Position numbers and translations under genes: made by a program. Below, in pieces: positions 28,255 through 36,941 of a stretch of DNA of 64,000 nt; within the stretch, counting starts at the first letter, position 1, and every line of letters starts with the position of its first letter. The stretch is from a virus, in IMG/VR virus record IMGVR_UViG_3300035698_026680, positions 1-64,000 of that record; one strand, written 5' to 3'. The notes beneath the pieces were generated by a model. It saw only the letters and a list, made by a program, of their open reading frames with translations. It ran no database searches and was not told where the DNA came from.

Positions 28255-28284
28255 GTGACTTTTTATCTCGGCTTATGATAAGAT
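28255..28284 (+). promoter_or_regulatory. probable phage promoter
   Basis: GTGACT-18-TAAGAT; ACTTTTATCTCRGCTTATGA core also at 27054-27073. Confidence 0.45.
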
Positions 28285-28331
28285 TATATAAATTAACAAT
28301 CTATAGCTAAAAAGAAAGAGGTGACGACTTT

Positions 28332-28550
28332 ATGCAGGATACAGACAATTTAAAGAAAGAGATTAGGCGATTTCGATGGTTGCTACAAGTAAAGAAAAAT
28401 GCTGTCGCATTGCCATCAAGGACGAGGCGATACTTAAATAGTGCGCGAGATAAACAAATTCTAGTATTGAAAGGCCAAGGGCTTTCCTATCACAAGATTT
28501 GCGGAATAGCTAGCCAGAAACAAAGCGAATTAGAATTGCTTTTCGATTAG
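28332..28550 (+). CDS. hypothetical protein, possible HTH
   Basis: GAGGTG RBS; RDKQILVLKGQGLSYHKI. Confidence 0.55.
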   Translation: MQDTDNLKKEIRRFRWLLQVKKNAVALPSRTRRYLNSARDKQILVLKGQGLSYHKICGIASQKQSELELLFD

Positions 28551-28644
28551 GGTTTTCCTTTGCCCATCTTCTTGGTGGGCAGAGATAAGATTCTAAAAGA
28601 GCTCTTTAATAATTAAATACTAAAGACGAGAGAAGGGAGAGTCT

Positions 28645-29199
28645 ATGACAACTTGGCAAGAAGAAAAAAATGCAGTAACCAAGGCACTATTCAATGAGTT
28701 AAAAGCGCTTACAAAAGAAAAAGTAACGCTTGAGAAAAAGGATGAACTCTTGCGTGTTAGGCTAACCACTGATTATCCAATCTATGTTAGACCAAAAGGC
28801 TACGACAATCGATATTCTTTTACTTTAAGTAATCAACTACCTTTTATTGGTAGCGGAGATTTTGGTACTAAAGTAGAAAAAGCGCCCAATAAAGTAGGAG
28901 TCCTGAGTGCTAAGAAGATTAGTGATTGGGTTGAGTATCTCAGCAAGGGCCATGATGTCTTAGTCAAAGAGAGTGCAATTCGCGGAGCTAAGGTCGACGC
29001 TTTTTTGGTTAGAATCAACAAGATAAAGGGAGTACGCTTCGGGGACGACAGTATGTCGGGCGAAATTATCAGAAACGGACTTGTATTCAAATTTGAGATC
29101 AGTAATTGTGGTTACATTAGCCAGAAGATTAAAGTCCGCTATACGATTGAAAATAATCTTGATAGTTTCTTGAAACTATCGAAGAACAAGCTCACTTAG
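28645..29199 (+). CDS. hypothetical protein
   Basis: 184-aa ORF with RBS. Confidence 0.75.
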   Translation: MTTWQEEKNAVTKALFNELKALTKEKVTLEKKDELLRVRLTTDYPIYVRPKGYDNRYSFTLSNQLPFIGSGDFGTKVEKAPNKVGVLSAKKISDWVEYLSKGHDVLVKESAIRGAKVDAFLVRINKIKGVRFGDDSMSGEIIRNGLVFKFEISNCGYISQKIKVRYTIENNLDSFLKLSKNKLT

Positions 29200-29251
29200 T
29201 TATTTTAAAGCGCTTGTCTTTAGTATTTAGCTATTAAAAGGAAAGGAGAAT

Positions 29252-29434
29252 ATGAAAAGCTGTAAACAATGCGGAAATGCCTGTAAGAACGAGTCAGTCT
29301 TAGAGTCTTGCGGTCAATTTTGCTCTATTAACTGCGCTCAGATCGACTACGAAGATAAGTGCCTACAAGATGAATTAAGATCGAGTAATCCAAGTATGGA
29401 AGGTCTAGAAGAAGCAGTTATGAGAATGATTTAA
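29252..29434 (+). CDS. small Cys-rich zinc-finger protein
   Basis: CxxC..FCSxxC. Confidence 0.65.
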   Translation: MKSCKQCGNACKNESVLESCGQFCSINCAQIDYEDKCLQDELRSSNPSMEGLEEAVMRMI

Positions 29435-29461
29435 TTAAATCAGATTGGGGGTGATACGAGT

Positions 29462-29671
29462 ATGATGACAGCAAAAGAATTAAAAGAAGCTGGTCTTTAC
29501 AAAGAAGCAAGCAAAAATTTATTTGTGGCTGTTGGGAAAAGTCTTAATGCTATGATTGATCCTTTTTGCATGAGTCAATTAACTTCAGACGAAACAATAG
29601 TTCACCAGCCTATAATTAAAAAGTTTGTTGATTTTATTAAAAGCGGTGGAAGCTGGGAGTTTAAGGGTTAA
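29462..29671 (+). CDS. hypothetical protein
   Basis: GGGGGTGA RBS. Confidence 0.65.
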   Translation: MMTAKELKEAGLYKEASKNLFVAVGKSLNAMIDPFCMSQLTSDETIVHQPIIKKFVDFIKSGGSWEFKG

Positions 29672-29757
29672 AGTAAGGATTTGACTGATAAGATAAAATA
29701 ATTTGTCTTATCAGATGAAACCATTACCAAGTTGATTAGATCGGGGTGATTACAAGT

Positions 29758-29937
29758 ATGGAAAAGACCACTATTGAGTATTACGCTAGGCAGAATTATG
29801 GAAAAACCCAGTTCTATATCAAAAACGAAAGAGAGAATAGGATCATCGGCCAGTTGTTAAGGCAGAAGACGATTAGCAGAGATCAGATTAGATCCTTTGA
29901 GCAATTGGGACTCAAGTTTGAGTTGGTTCTCGAATGA
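29758..29937 (+). CDS. hypothetical protein
   Basis: GGGGTGA RBS. Confidence 0.65.
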   Translation: MEKTTIEYYARQNYGKTQFYIKNERENRIIGQLLRQKTISRDQIRSFEQLGLKFELVLE

Positions 29938-29970
29938 TTAAAATTAAATTGAGATTGGGGGTAAGAATTT

Positions 29971-30162
29971 ATGAAATGTACTAAATGTGATGAAGACGCG
30001 ATTAAAGTAGATGACGAGTCTCACTATTGCAGTGCTTGCGAAAAGTGTTTTCCGCCAACCGAACAAACCTATGTCGAGAAAATACTTAACTGTAGCGACA
30101 CTAAGGCTATTGAAAAGGAAATAGTTAATTGTGGCTCGACAATCGGATTTCGAGTGTGTTAG
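29971..30162 (+). CDS. small Cys-rich protein
   Basis: CxxC..CxxC; GGGGGT RBS. Confidence 0.6.
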   Translation: MKCTKCDEDAIKVDDESHYCSACEKCFPPTEQTYVEKILNCSDTKAIEKEIVNCGSTIGFRVC

Positions 30163-30203
30163 TTCAATTCACTCTTTGATGAGTGGAATCAGAAAGGAGA
30201 ATT

Positions 30204-30362
30204 ATGGCTACTTATAATGTGATTTGGGAAGAAAAGCATAGTGTCAATGTTGAAGCCAAGAGCGAAAACGAAGCGATTGATAAGATTCACAGAAGTGATT
30301 ACGACCAGGGCGAAACATCGGCAGAAGTTTCTGTACCGCCTAAAGCCTACAAAATGGATTAA
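30204..30362 (+). CDS. 52-aa DpnD/PcfM-like small protein
   Basis: AAGGAG RBS; YNV.......VEAKSENEAI motif; not in the track. Confidence 0.65.
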   Translation: MATYNVIWEEKHSVNVEAKSENEAIDKIHRSDYDQGETSAEVSVPPKAYKMD

Positions 30363-30421
30363 GGGCTTGATAGGGGAGCCAAGGCTACTTGACTCTCCTA
30401 ATGAAGCACTTAGTTTCCCGA

Positions 30422-30450
30422 GTGATTTTTGGGAAAAAATAAGTTATAAT
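30422..30450 (+). promoter_or_regulatory. phage promoter motif
   Basis: GTGATT-17-TATAAT with TAAGT before the -10. Confidence 0.8.
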
Positions 30451-30488
30451 TATTATTAGAGAATAGAAAATTTAAAAAGGAGAATTTA

Positions 30489-30953
30489 ATGAAAATTGAT
30501 CTTCAAGAATGTAAAACTTCCGCTCAAGCAATGATTAAGCTTGGTTTTAATGAAGCAACTCGCAATCTCCAGTTTCGTGTTAACTGCGAAGATTTAAGTG
30601 ATTTGAGAAATTGTGTTTCTCTTATCAACGAATATAACAGTTTCAATTGGATAACAGTAAATAAGGCGATTGATTCTTTCCTATCCGATAAACATCATTC
30701 TAAAAAGGAGTATCTCCTTGATTTCGATATTGGCAGAGAGTTTAAGCCAGTATTGTATGTCAAGTGCTGGGCATACGATATCTCCAAACAGGATTTTGTT
30801 AAAAAAATGGAGACTTTTATGTCTGTGTCTGGGGCAAACGAGTGTGAATTTAATTTCGAAACGCCCGTGCCCGATAGCGATCAATTCAAGTTTAGAAAAG
30901 CGCCAGCTTTAACTATAAATAGATTTGAGTGTCGTATCTGTTGGAATAATTAG
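30489..30953 (+). CDS. hypothetical protein
   Basis: AAGGAG RBS. Confidence 0.75.
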   Translation: MKIDLQECKTSAQAMIKLGFNEATRNLQFRVNCEDLSDLRNCVSLINEYNSFNWITVNKAIDSFLSDKHHSKKEYLLDFDIGREFKPVLYVKCWAYDISKQDFVKKMETFMSVSGANECEFNFETPVPDSDQFKFRKAPALTINRFECRICWNN

Positions 30954-30965
30954 AAAGGAGAAACT

Positions 30966-31253
30966 ATGGCCGCGAATCACCCACTTAAAAAGGAATGGGA
31001 TAAGGCAGGTGGTAAGCTAGCTCGTAAGTGTAGAATCTGTGGAGTAGAGTTTAAGCCCGAAAGATGGGGAATCACTCTCTGTGACTCAGAGCTTTGTAAG
31101 AAGGTTAGTTTTACTATTTCGCATACTCTAGCTAGTATTAAGCGCTTTCACGCTTCGTCTAAGGAAGCTAAAGACGTAGATGCTTATAAAATACTAATGA
31201 GTGAAGCAAAGCGCAAAAAGATCAGTCTAAACCTAGAAGGGAGTAAAAAATGA
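30966..31253 (+). CDS. zinc-finger protein
   Basis: CxxCG..F.P....C...C. Confidence 0.65.
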   Translation: MAANHPLKKEWDKAGGKLARKCRICGVEFKPERWGITLCDSELCKKVSFTISHTLASIKRFHASSKEAKDVDAYKILMSEAKRKKISLNLEGSKK

Positions 31254-31444
31254 AGTTTATTCAAAAACAAACAGATAAGGAACTAAAAGAATTGGCAATT
31301 AATTTGTGGAGTTCAATCTATCAGACGGAGTGTTATGGAGTGAAAGACTATCAGGTTTACTGGATGACAGTCGCAGAACTAGAGAAACGTGGCTACTCTC
31401 TAGAAGCAAACACTAGACTGACCATTAAGCACCTTGAAAACTAA
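31250..31444 (+). CDS. hypothetical protein
   Basis: ATGA overlap with the upstream gene. Confidence 0.65.
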   Translation: MKFIQKQTDKELKELAINLWSSIYQTECYGVKDYQVYWMTVAELEKRGYSLEANTRLTIKHLEN

Positions 31445-31500
31445 GAGCTTGATAGGGTGCGTTTGCCAAAGCCCGCAAGCGCGTCCTAATGAATCTCTGA

Positions 31501-31529
31501 GTGATTTTTTAGGCAATTTAAGTTATAAT
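31501..31529 (+). promoter_or_regulatory. phage promoter motif
   Basis: GTGATT-17-TATAAT. Confidence 0.8.
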
Positions 31530-31588
31530 ATAAAAAGAGAATAGAGAATTTAAGGAGAATTTATGTCAAAACCTATACATTATAACTT

Positions 31589-31616
31589 AAATGGCTCTAC
31601 GGAAGCCATTTTTTTA
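31589..31616 (+). terminator. terminator/attenuator inside a 27-codon leader ORF (31563-31646)
   Basis: AAATGGCT-C(TACG)G-A-AGCCATTT followed by a T run. Confidence 0.6.
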
Positions 31617-31632
31617 TTGGAAAGGATGGACA

Positions 31633-32001
31633 ATGAGAAAAAATAGTCTAACTTTTTTAATAGAAATCAGTTTAATAATTTGGGCCTTTTCAAAATCAAT
31701 AATTTTAGGAATTTTTATCTTAGTCTATATAATTCACATAAACGGACACATAAAAAACTTGCTAGAGCAGATACTAGCAGGGGATGAAGAAAAGAAAGAT
31801 CCAGAAGATCCTTTCCGAATCCCAAAGATGACACCGAATAAGATTTATCCTTACCGTGGTTGTGTCATCGAACACTATCCGAATCTTTTTTTAATTATAA
31901 AACAGAATGGGCAAAGATTAGAGCGATATTTCTTCGATATAGAAAAGGCTAAAGAAGAAATTGACTTAATTTCCCCTAGCTCTGAGAGAGAAAGAAAATG
32001 A
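31633..32001 (+). CDS. membrane protein
   Basis: two N-terminal TM segments. Confidence 0.65.
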   Translation: MRKNSLTFLIEISLIIWAFSKSIILGIFILVYIIHINGHIKNLLEQILAGDEEKKDPEDPFRIPKMTPNKIYPYRGCVIEHYPNLFLIIKQNGQRLERYFFDIEKAKEEIDLISPSSERERK

Positions 32002-32177
32002 CTAAATTAAAAAACAGATTCTATCACTGTCCGAAGTGTGGGCTAAAAACATACTTGTATGTAAAAGTAGTTAGGGGATATAAAAAATGTCCTATCTGCA
32101 AAGAAAATATAATGCATCAGGAAAAGGATCATGGTGGAAGCCAATGTAATGCTCATTATGAGAAAGACAAAAGATGA
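31998..32177 (+). CDS. zinc-ribbon protein
   Basis: CPKCG..CPIC; ATGA overlaps at both ends. Confidence 0.6.
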   Translation: MTKLKNRFYHCPKCGLKTYLYVKVVRGYKKCPICKENIMHQEKDHGGSQCNAHYEKDKR

Positions 32178-32371
32178 AATTTTTGATAAACGTACACCTA
32201 GGACTCTTTATAGTTGAAGCAGAAAGTGCAACAAAAGCATTGGCTAACTATCTGACAATACAAAAGCCAGATATGAAAAACTCGTTTCTTAATAGAAAAG
32301 ACTTATTAAAAATGGGCTACAAATATCTTTTTACGACAGCACACAAAGAAGTGTTTTATTTACGAAACTAA
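32174..32371 (+). CDS. hypothetical protein
   Basis: translationally coupled ORF. Confidence 0.6.
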   Translation: MKFLINVHLGLFIVEAESATKALANYLTIQKPDMKNSFLNRKDLLKMGYKYLFTTAHKEVFYLRN

Positions 32372-32383
32372 AAAGGAATAATT

Positions 32384-32560
32384 ATGAAAACACACTATGT
32401 ACAATCGCACAGTGATCCAAAAGTAGCTTACAAAGTAGAATACTATCCAGAAGGCGATAAGTTTGTTTGCAAGTGCAAAGACTACAAGCATCGCTCTTAC
32501 CGCTTTGATAAGTACGAATGTAGGCATATTAAAGAAGTAAAAGGAGATTTGAAAAAATGA
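32384..32560 (+). CDS. SWIM zinc-finger protein
   Basis: YKV..CKCKDY..CRHI; not in the track. Confidence 0.7.
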   Translation: MKTHYVQSHSDPKVAYKVEYYPEGDKFVCKCKDYKHRSYRFDKYECRHIKEVKGDLKK

Positions 32561-32913
32561 AGCCAACCAATGAGAGCGTAAAAAGAATCATTCTCGAACT
32601 TAGTACTGGCAAGAAGTTTAAGATTAAAAACCCTGCAGGGTCAGTCGTAACCTATACTACAAAAGAAGTACGCAAACTGGCTACAAAAAAAGGCATTCAA
32701 GCTGTAAAGGGTGGAATTCATTTCTTTGGTACAAAAGACGATATTCTATTTAACCTTTTTCTACTAATCCAGGAGTTAATAAAAAAGTTTGGAGATGAAT
32801 CAGTAGTTAGGGTATTTAACATTATTTTTGATAAAAAAGTTAATAGTATGAAAAAAGAAGCTTTAGTACAAGCAATGATGCAAAGATCGACAGAAGAAGG
32901 GAAAGTTCACTAA
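32557..32913 (+). CDS. hypothetical protein
   Basis: coupled ORF with RBS. Confidence 0.7.
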   Translation: MKPTNESVKRIILELSTGKKFKIKNPAGSVVTYTTKEVRKLATKKGIQAVKGGIHFFGTKDDILFNLFLLIQELIKKFGDESVVRVFNIIFDKKVNSMKKEALVQAMMQRSTEEGKVH

Positions 32914-33296
32914 TGATAAAAAATATGCCTGGTGCAATTATAGATATACCAACAAAGCAAACTCTTTTAAATCAATTTCCTGAGTTCGAAGTGATAGTAA
33001 AACGGGATGGAGAGACTATCTATCACAATAAAACCTATGCGGTAGTGATGAACCTAGTGCAATCAGTTACTAAACTACACATGGATACAGTTGAATTAGA
33101 AGGTGACACTCAGATTTTGGGAGTAGGCCACCCAATTGTTCAGTATTTCGCTCTACTTCAGTTAAGAGACAAGATGAAAAAGGCAGGAATAGTAAATATG
33201 GCTCTTGGTATGATAAACCAAGTTATGAAGAATCCTAAACTAAAAAAGAAAATAGCGGCAATCGCTAAGAAAGTAAAAGATGGGCCAACTACATAG
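32913..33296 (+). CDS. hypothetical protein
   Basis: TAATG overlap. Confidence 0.7.
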   Translation: MIKNMPGAIIDIPTKQTLLNQFPEFEVIVKRDGETIYHNKTYAVVMNLVQSVTKLHMDTVELEGDTQILGVGHPIVQYFALLQLRDKMKKAGIVNMALGMINQVMKNPKLKKKIAAIAKKVKDGPTT

Positions 33297-33522
33297 ATGT
33301 CATAGTTGCAATGGCTCTTTCCCGGACAATATGATGGCCGATTGGACTATTTGTGCAGGATGCAAGCAAAGAGAAATGGAAAAAATTTCTGGAGAATCAG
33401 TTTTTGTTGATTCTCTCGGAATAGCCTGGACTAAAAGCGAACTGGAAGAAGCTGGCGGAATGGATGAAGTTGTAAAAATGGCTAAAGAAGCCGATGTTAG
33501 AAATAATTTTAATAAGGAGTAA
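33280..33522 (+). CDS. Cys-motif hypothetical protein
   Basis: CxxC..CxxC. Confidence 0.6.
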   Translation: MGQLHRCHSCNGSFPDNMMADWTICAGCKQREMEKISGESVFVDSLGIAWTKSELEEAGGMDEVVKMAKEADVRNNFNKE

Positions 33523-33524
33523 GT

Positions 33525-33674
33525 ATGGACAATTTAGAAAAAGCATTAAAAAAATTGCTAGATGCCTGTAAAAAACTAGGAGAAGACAAGGTACTCAATG
33601 CAATCTATGAAGCGTATGATAACGGAGCCAAAGCCGAAGAAATTATTTATAACGCAATAGAATTACTACCATAA
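33525..33674 (+). CDS. 49-aa hypothetical protein
   Basis: TAAGGAG RBS. Confidence 0.6.
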   Translation: MDNLEKALKKLLDACKKLGEDKVLNAIYEAYDNGAKAEEIIYNAIELLP

Positions 33675-33832
33675 CAAACAAGAAAGGAATTATGTCTATC
33701 ACAAAATGTCACCTTTGCAAGAAAAGGCTTGTCGGTTTTCAGAAATGTCTCGTAGTAAAGAAAAAAAGAGTCTCTTTTCATATACTTTGTTTTGATAAAT
33801 TTTTAGCTAGAAGAAAAAGAAAGGTAAATTAA

Positions 33833-34213
33833 ATGTCTTACAACATAACAACTTTAGATATCAAAGAATTGAGCGTTAATGTTCCGCTTTCAGAATTTCT
33901 GATGGAATTTATCGGGAGTGCCTTTCGTGAAAAATATTCATTATCAGAGTATTGTGGAATGACGTGGAATGAAAAAGGATTTGTTTTTTCTTTAGATGGA
34001 GAGAATGAGGTTCACGGAAAACTAAAGGATAAAGACACTATTAATATTTTTGATCTAGGTGTTTCATCTTCCTACTCGTCAGACTTGCTAGAAATAGTTA
34101 AAAGCTGGTGTAAGAAATATAAAGGCACCATAAAGGGTGTTGCTGTTTGGGAAGGTGGCGATAGCATAGAAAAAATTTCTATTAAAAATGGCACAGTTAA
34201 AAAAGGGAAATAG
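33833..34213 (+). CDS. hypothetical protein
   Basis: 126-aa ORF. Confidence 0.7.
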   Translation: MSYNITTLDIKELSVNVPLSEFLMEFIGSAFREKYSLSEYCGMTWNEKGFVFSLDGENEVHGKLKDKDTINIFDLGVSSSYSSDLLEIVKSWCKKYKGTIKGVAVWEGGDSIEKISIKNGTVKKGK

Positions 34214-34231
34214 ATTTATAGAAAGAATTTT

Positions 34232-34426
34232 ATGTCTTATACAAAAAGCAAGATAGAAGATTGGAAAGAATTTGAACGAACTTGTTTAATAATAGAGATA
34301 AGAAGCTGGGAAGAATTTGAACAAGCCTGTCTGATGTCAGGCATTGACGCAGAGAGTTTCTGTGACACAGATGATCTCTTTGAAGAATTCGAGAAATATA
34401 AAAAGTGGAGAGCAAAGAAAGGTTGA
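34232..34426 (+). CDS. hypothetical protein with internal duplication
   Basis: WKEFERTCL / WEEFEQACL. Confidence 0.55.
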   Translation: MSYTKSKIEDWKEFERTCLIIEIRSWEEFEQACLMSGIDAESFCDTDDLFEEFEKYKKWRAKKG

Positions 34427-34427
34427 A

Positions 34428-34781
34428 ATGAAAAAACAAAGATTTTTTGTCATATCTAAAATGGGAAGCTACGATACACTTAATCCTTTAATTTGGTTTG
34501 AGAGCTTAGAACATGCAATGACAATGTTCAAAATCTTAACTGAAGGCAAAACCATAGAACTTGGAGCCAAAGATATTAAAAAGGTAAGAAAGAAGAAAAA
34601 TGAATTTCGCGACTACGATACATTTCGTTTTATGAAAAGGGACTCGGTTTATCACTTAGAGAGCAAATTTGTTGATGTTTATACTGAAGAAGAACTTAAT
34701 AAGACAAAAAAAGCAAGGGAAAGTCAATTAAAAGATATAGCCAAAGCTAAAAAGGCTAGGAAAAGGAAAAAAGTAAAATGA
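34428..34781 (+). CDS. hypothetical protein
   Basis: ATG at 34428 follows the upstream stop. Confidence 0.65.
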   Translation: MKKQRFFVISKMGSYDTLNPLIWFESLEHAMTMFKILTEGKTIELGAKDIKKVRKKKNEFRDYDTFRFMKRDSVYHLESKFVDVYTEEELNKTKKARESQLKDIAKAKKARKRKKVK

Positions 34782-35110
34782 CTTTATTTGACAAAGACAA
34801 AATGAAACTAGAAAGTGTAATTGATGTTGGCGAGACAGTGCTTTGCGACATCTGCAATGCTGACTATAGTTATTCTGAAAGAAAAGGCGGATTTCTTTTT
34901 AATAGCAAGAGTGTTTGTCCAAGATGTGAGCCCAGAATGAGAGAAAACATTGCCAAGCACAAAGAAGAAAGGTTTATCAAAGCAGAATGTCCTAAAGAGA
35001 TGAGTTTTAGAGAGTTTGTTTTAAAATGTCGCAAGGGAGATAACACTATTAAAATTTATGTTGAGAAAGGGAAAAATGAGTCAAGCAAAAGTAACCAAAA
35101 AAGCTATTGA
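34778..35110 (+). CDS. Cys-motif hypothetical protein
   Basis: CDIC..CPRC. Confidence 0.65.
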   Translation: MTLFDKDKMKLESVIDVGETVLCDICNADYSYSERKGGFLFNSKSVCPRCEPRMRENIAKHKEERFIKAECPKEMSFREFVLKCRKGDNTIKIYVEKGKNESSKSNQKSY

Positions 35111-35648
35111 GAATATTTTTAGTGGCATATTGTCGGGCGTTTCAAAAGAAACTAAAGAAACATATCCAAGGCTTATTGAAATGTTGGGCAAACTTAAAGA
35201 TGCAGACGATTTCTATATGACCTTTATGTATCCTGTCGAAAATTGCCTGGATGAAGCAATAATAAAAAGGATTGATTTTGCTAAGGTAAAAGATGTTAAT
35301 GATTCAAAATCTAAGCTGGGTTTTATATATCGCAATCATGGTTTTATAGAAAACCATCTAACAAAACTTATAGTTAGTCTTGAAGGGAGTGCATGTTCGG
35401 CTGATAAATCGAGATACATTATCAAGGCTTATGAAAAGTATTTCTTTGCAGGTGTGCCACTAGGACTTCCGAGAAGCAAGAAAGATGATAAAAAGGGTTG
35501 CTATTGGAAACCCAAATTTTGGAATGATAAAAAATGGTTAGAATATCTTGGAACGTTGGTTTCGTTGTACTATGGAGAGTTCAAACCATATGTAGTGTTT
35601 ATAAAAGAAAATTATTTACCATTACTCACGAAAGGAAAAAATGAGTAA
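35076..35648 (+). CDS. hypothetical protein
   Basis: 190-aa ORF. Confidence 0.7.
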   Translation: MSQAKVTKKAIENIFSGILSGVSKETKETYPRLIEMLGKLKDADDFYMTFMYPVENCLDEAIIKRIDFAKVKDVNDSKSKLGFIYRNHGFIENHLTKLIVSLEGSACSADKSRYIIKAYEKYFFAGVPLGLPRSKKDDKKGCYWKPKFWNDKKWLEYLGTLVSLYYGEFKPYVVFIKENYLPLLTKGKNE

Positions 35649-35889
35649 AAGATATGTTTGGTGGATTGAAAATAATAAGGGTGGATGGGGACAATGGAAT
35701 ACTGAAAAGAAGGCCCAAAAAGCTATTGATCTTGCTGTACAATACGGCTTTTTAAGAGAAGACTTTAGATCGGTTAAATATGAAGCCGAGCAGTGTTCTT
35801 GTGGCAGATATACTAGAAAAGACCTTTTAGAAAGTTTAGGAGAGTGTTTGTGCTGTGACCACGTTCATGGTGATGTTACATGCGAATAG
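35641..35889 (+). CDS. Cys-motif hypothetical protein
   Basis: CxCG..CxxC. Confidence 0.6.
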   Translation: MSKRYVWWIENNKGGWGQWNTEKKAQKAIDLAVQYGFLREDFRSVKYEAEQCSCGRYTRKDLLESLGECLCCDHVHGDVTCE

Positions 35890-35950
35890 TGAGTCCAGGG
35901 CGGGTTTGAGTGTAGATAACACTTAACTCGGACCCGGCCTAGGCTCACTA
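35887..35950 (+). other. long imperfect intergenic hairpin
   Basis: TAGTGAGTC..CGGGTTTGAG / CTCGGACCCG..GGCTCACTA. Confidence 0.7.
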
Positions 35951-35980
35951 TCAAACCTTTTAATTATGGGAATTATACTT

Positions 35981-36262
35981 ATGAGTACTCAAAGATATGT
36001 TTACTGGGAAAATACCGATAATGGGCATAGTAAGTTTTGGGCGGCTCAAATTATTGAAAAGAGAGAGTGTGCTGGTTATTCAGGCAGGGTTGTTAATGGA
36101 GTAAACATAGTAATCAAATATGTTCTAGTTAGAAAGTGGGGAGCAATAAATACCAAAGGACAAGGCATGGAGCAAGAATTTGATAATAAGATTGATGCAC
36201 AAGAAACTCTCAATAAATTAGTTTGGGAAAAAGAAGCTAAAGGCTACACAGGAAAGTTTTAA
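35981..36262 (+). CDS. stand-alone WGR-domain protein
   Basis: SKFW..KWGAI.TKGQ..K..KGY pattern. Confidence 0.75.
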   Translation: MSTQRYVYWENTDNGHSKFWAAQIIEKRECAGYSGRVVNGVNIVIKYVLVRKWGAINTKGQGMEQEFDNKIDAQETLNKLVWEKEAKGYTGKF

Positions 36263-36263
36263 T

Positions 36264-36620
36264 ATGAAAAAAGTAGATAGAATTAAAGCACTAGACAAAC
36301 TAGCCGATAAACTAGATGGTAAAAACCTTTTAACAAATGGGGTTTGGTTAATTATGGACAAAAAAAGAGGAGTGGTAGCTAAGGGTGTACCAAGAAATAG
36401 GTATCTCTGTCTAGTCACTGATCTAAAAGACCGAAAAAGGCTTTTAACATACAGTTCTGAAGCAATGGCAAGAAATGGTTTTAAACTTAGCGGGTTCTAT
36501 AATGAAAAAGGAGTAAGTGAGTATTTTCAGAAGACATATGGAATAAGCAAAGAAGCTTATCGCTCTAGTTATAAAAAATATCTTGAACCAGTAAAAGCAG
36601 TTTTATCGATAAAAATATGA
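36264..36620 (+). CDS. hypothetical protein
   Basis: ORF in a co-oriented run. Confidence 0.7.
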   Translation: MKKVDRIKALDKLADKLDGKNLLTNGVWLIMDKKRGVVAKGVPRNRYLCLVTDLKDRKRLLTYSSEAMARNGFKLSGFYNEKGVSEYFQKTYGISKEAYRSSYKKYLEPVKAVLSIKI

Positions 36621-36841
36621 ATGAAGAAACTGGAAAACTATTTAACTATAAAGGAAAAGACATTGTAGTCAAGCAAGTTGACAAGGGCTTTTATATTGGA
36701 ATAAAGGGTAAAACAACGATTTGGTTTGAGTCAATATTATATAATAGCTTTAAATTAGTTAGTACTAGCGGGCGAGAATATGCTCGAAATATGATCGACA
36801 AAATGCTTGTCGCTAGAAGAAGGGAAAGACATAATGAGTAG
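36617..36841 (+). CDS. hypothetical protein
   Basis: ATGA overlap. Confidence 0.6.
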   Translation: MNEETGKLFNYKGKDIVVKQVDKGFYIGIKGKTTIWFESILYNSFKLVSTSGREYARNMIDKMLVARRRERHNE

Positions 36842-36941
36842 CTGGGATAGATTATTTGAAAGTTGGGCTGGGTTCAGACCCGACAATGACCTATATGCTC
36901 AAAAGAAGATTAAAAAAAGAAAAAAGAAAGGAAAAAATCTA

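Noticed and set aside
30241-30459. Track ORF of 72 aa
   Set aside because: The alternative frame 30204-30362 has a strong RBS and a recognisable motif; the track ORF runs through a hairpin and a promoter
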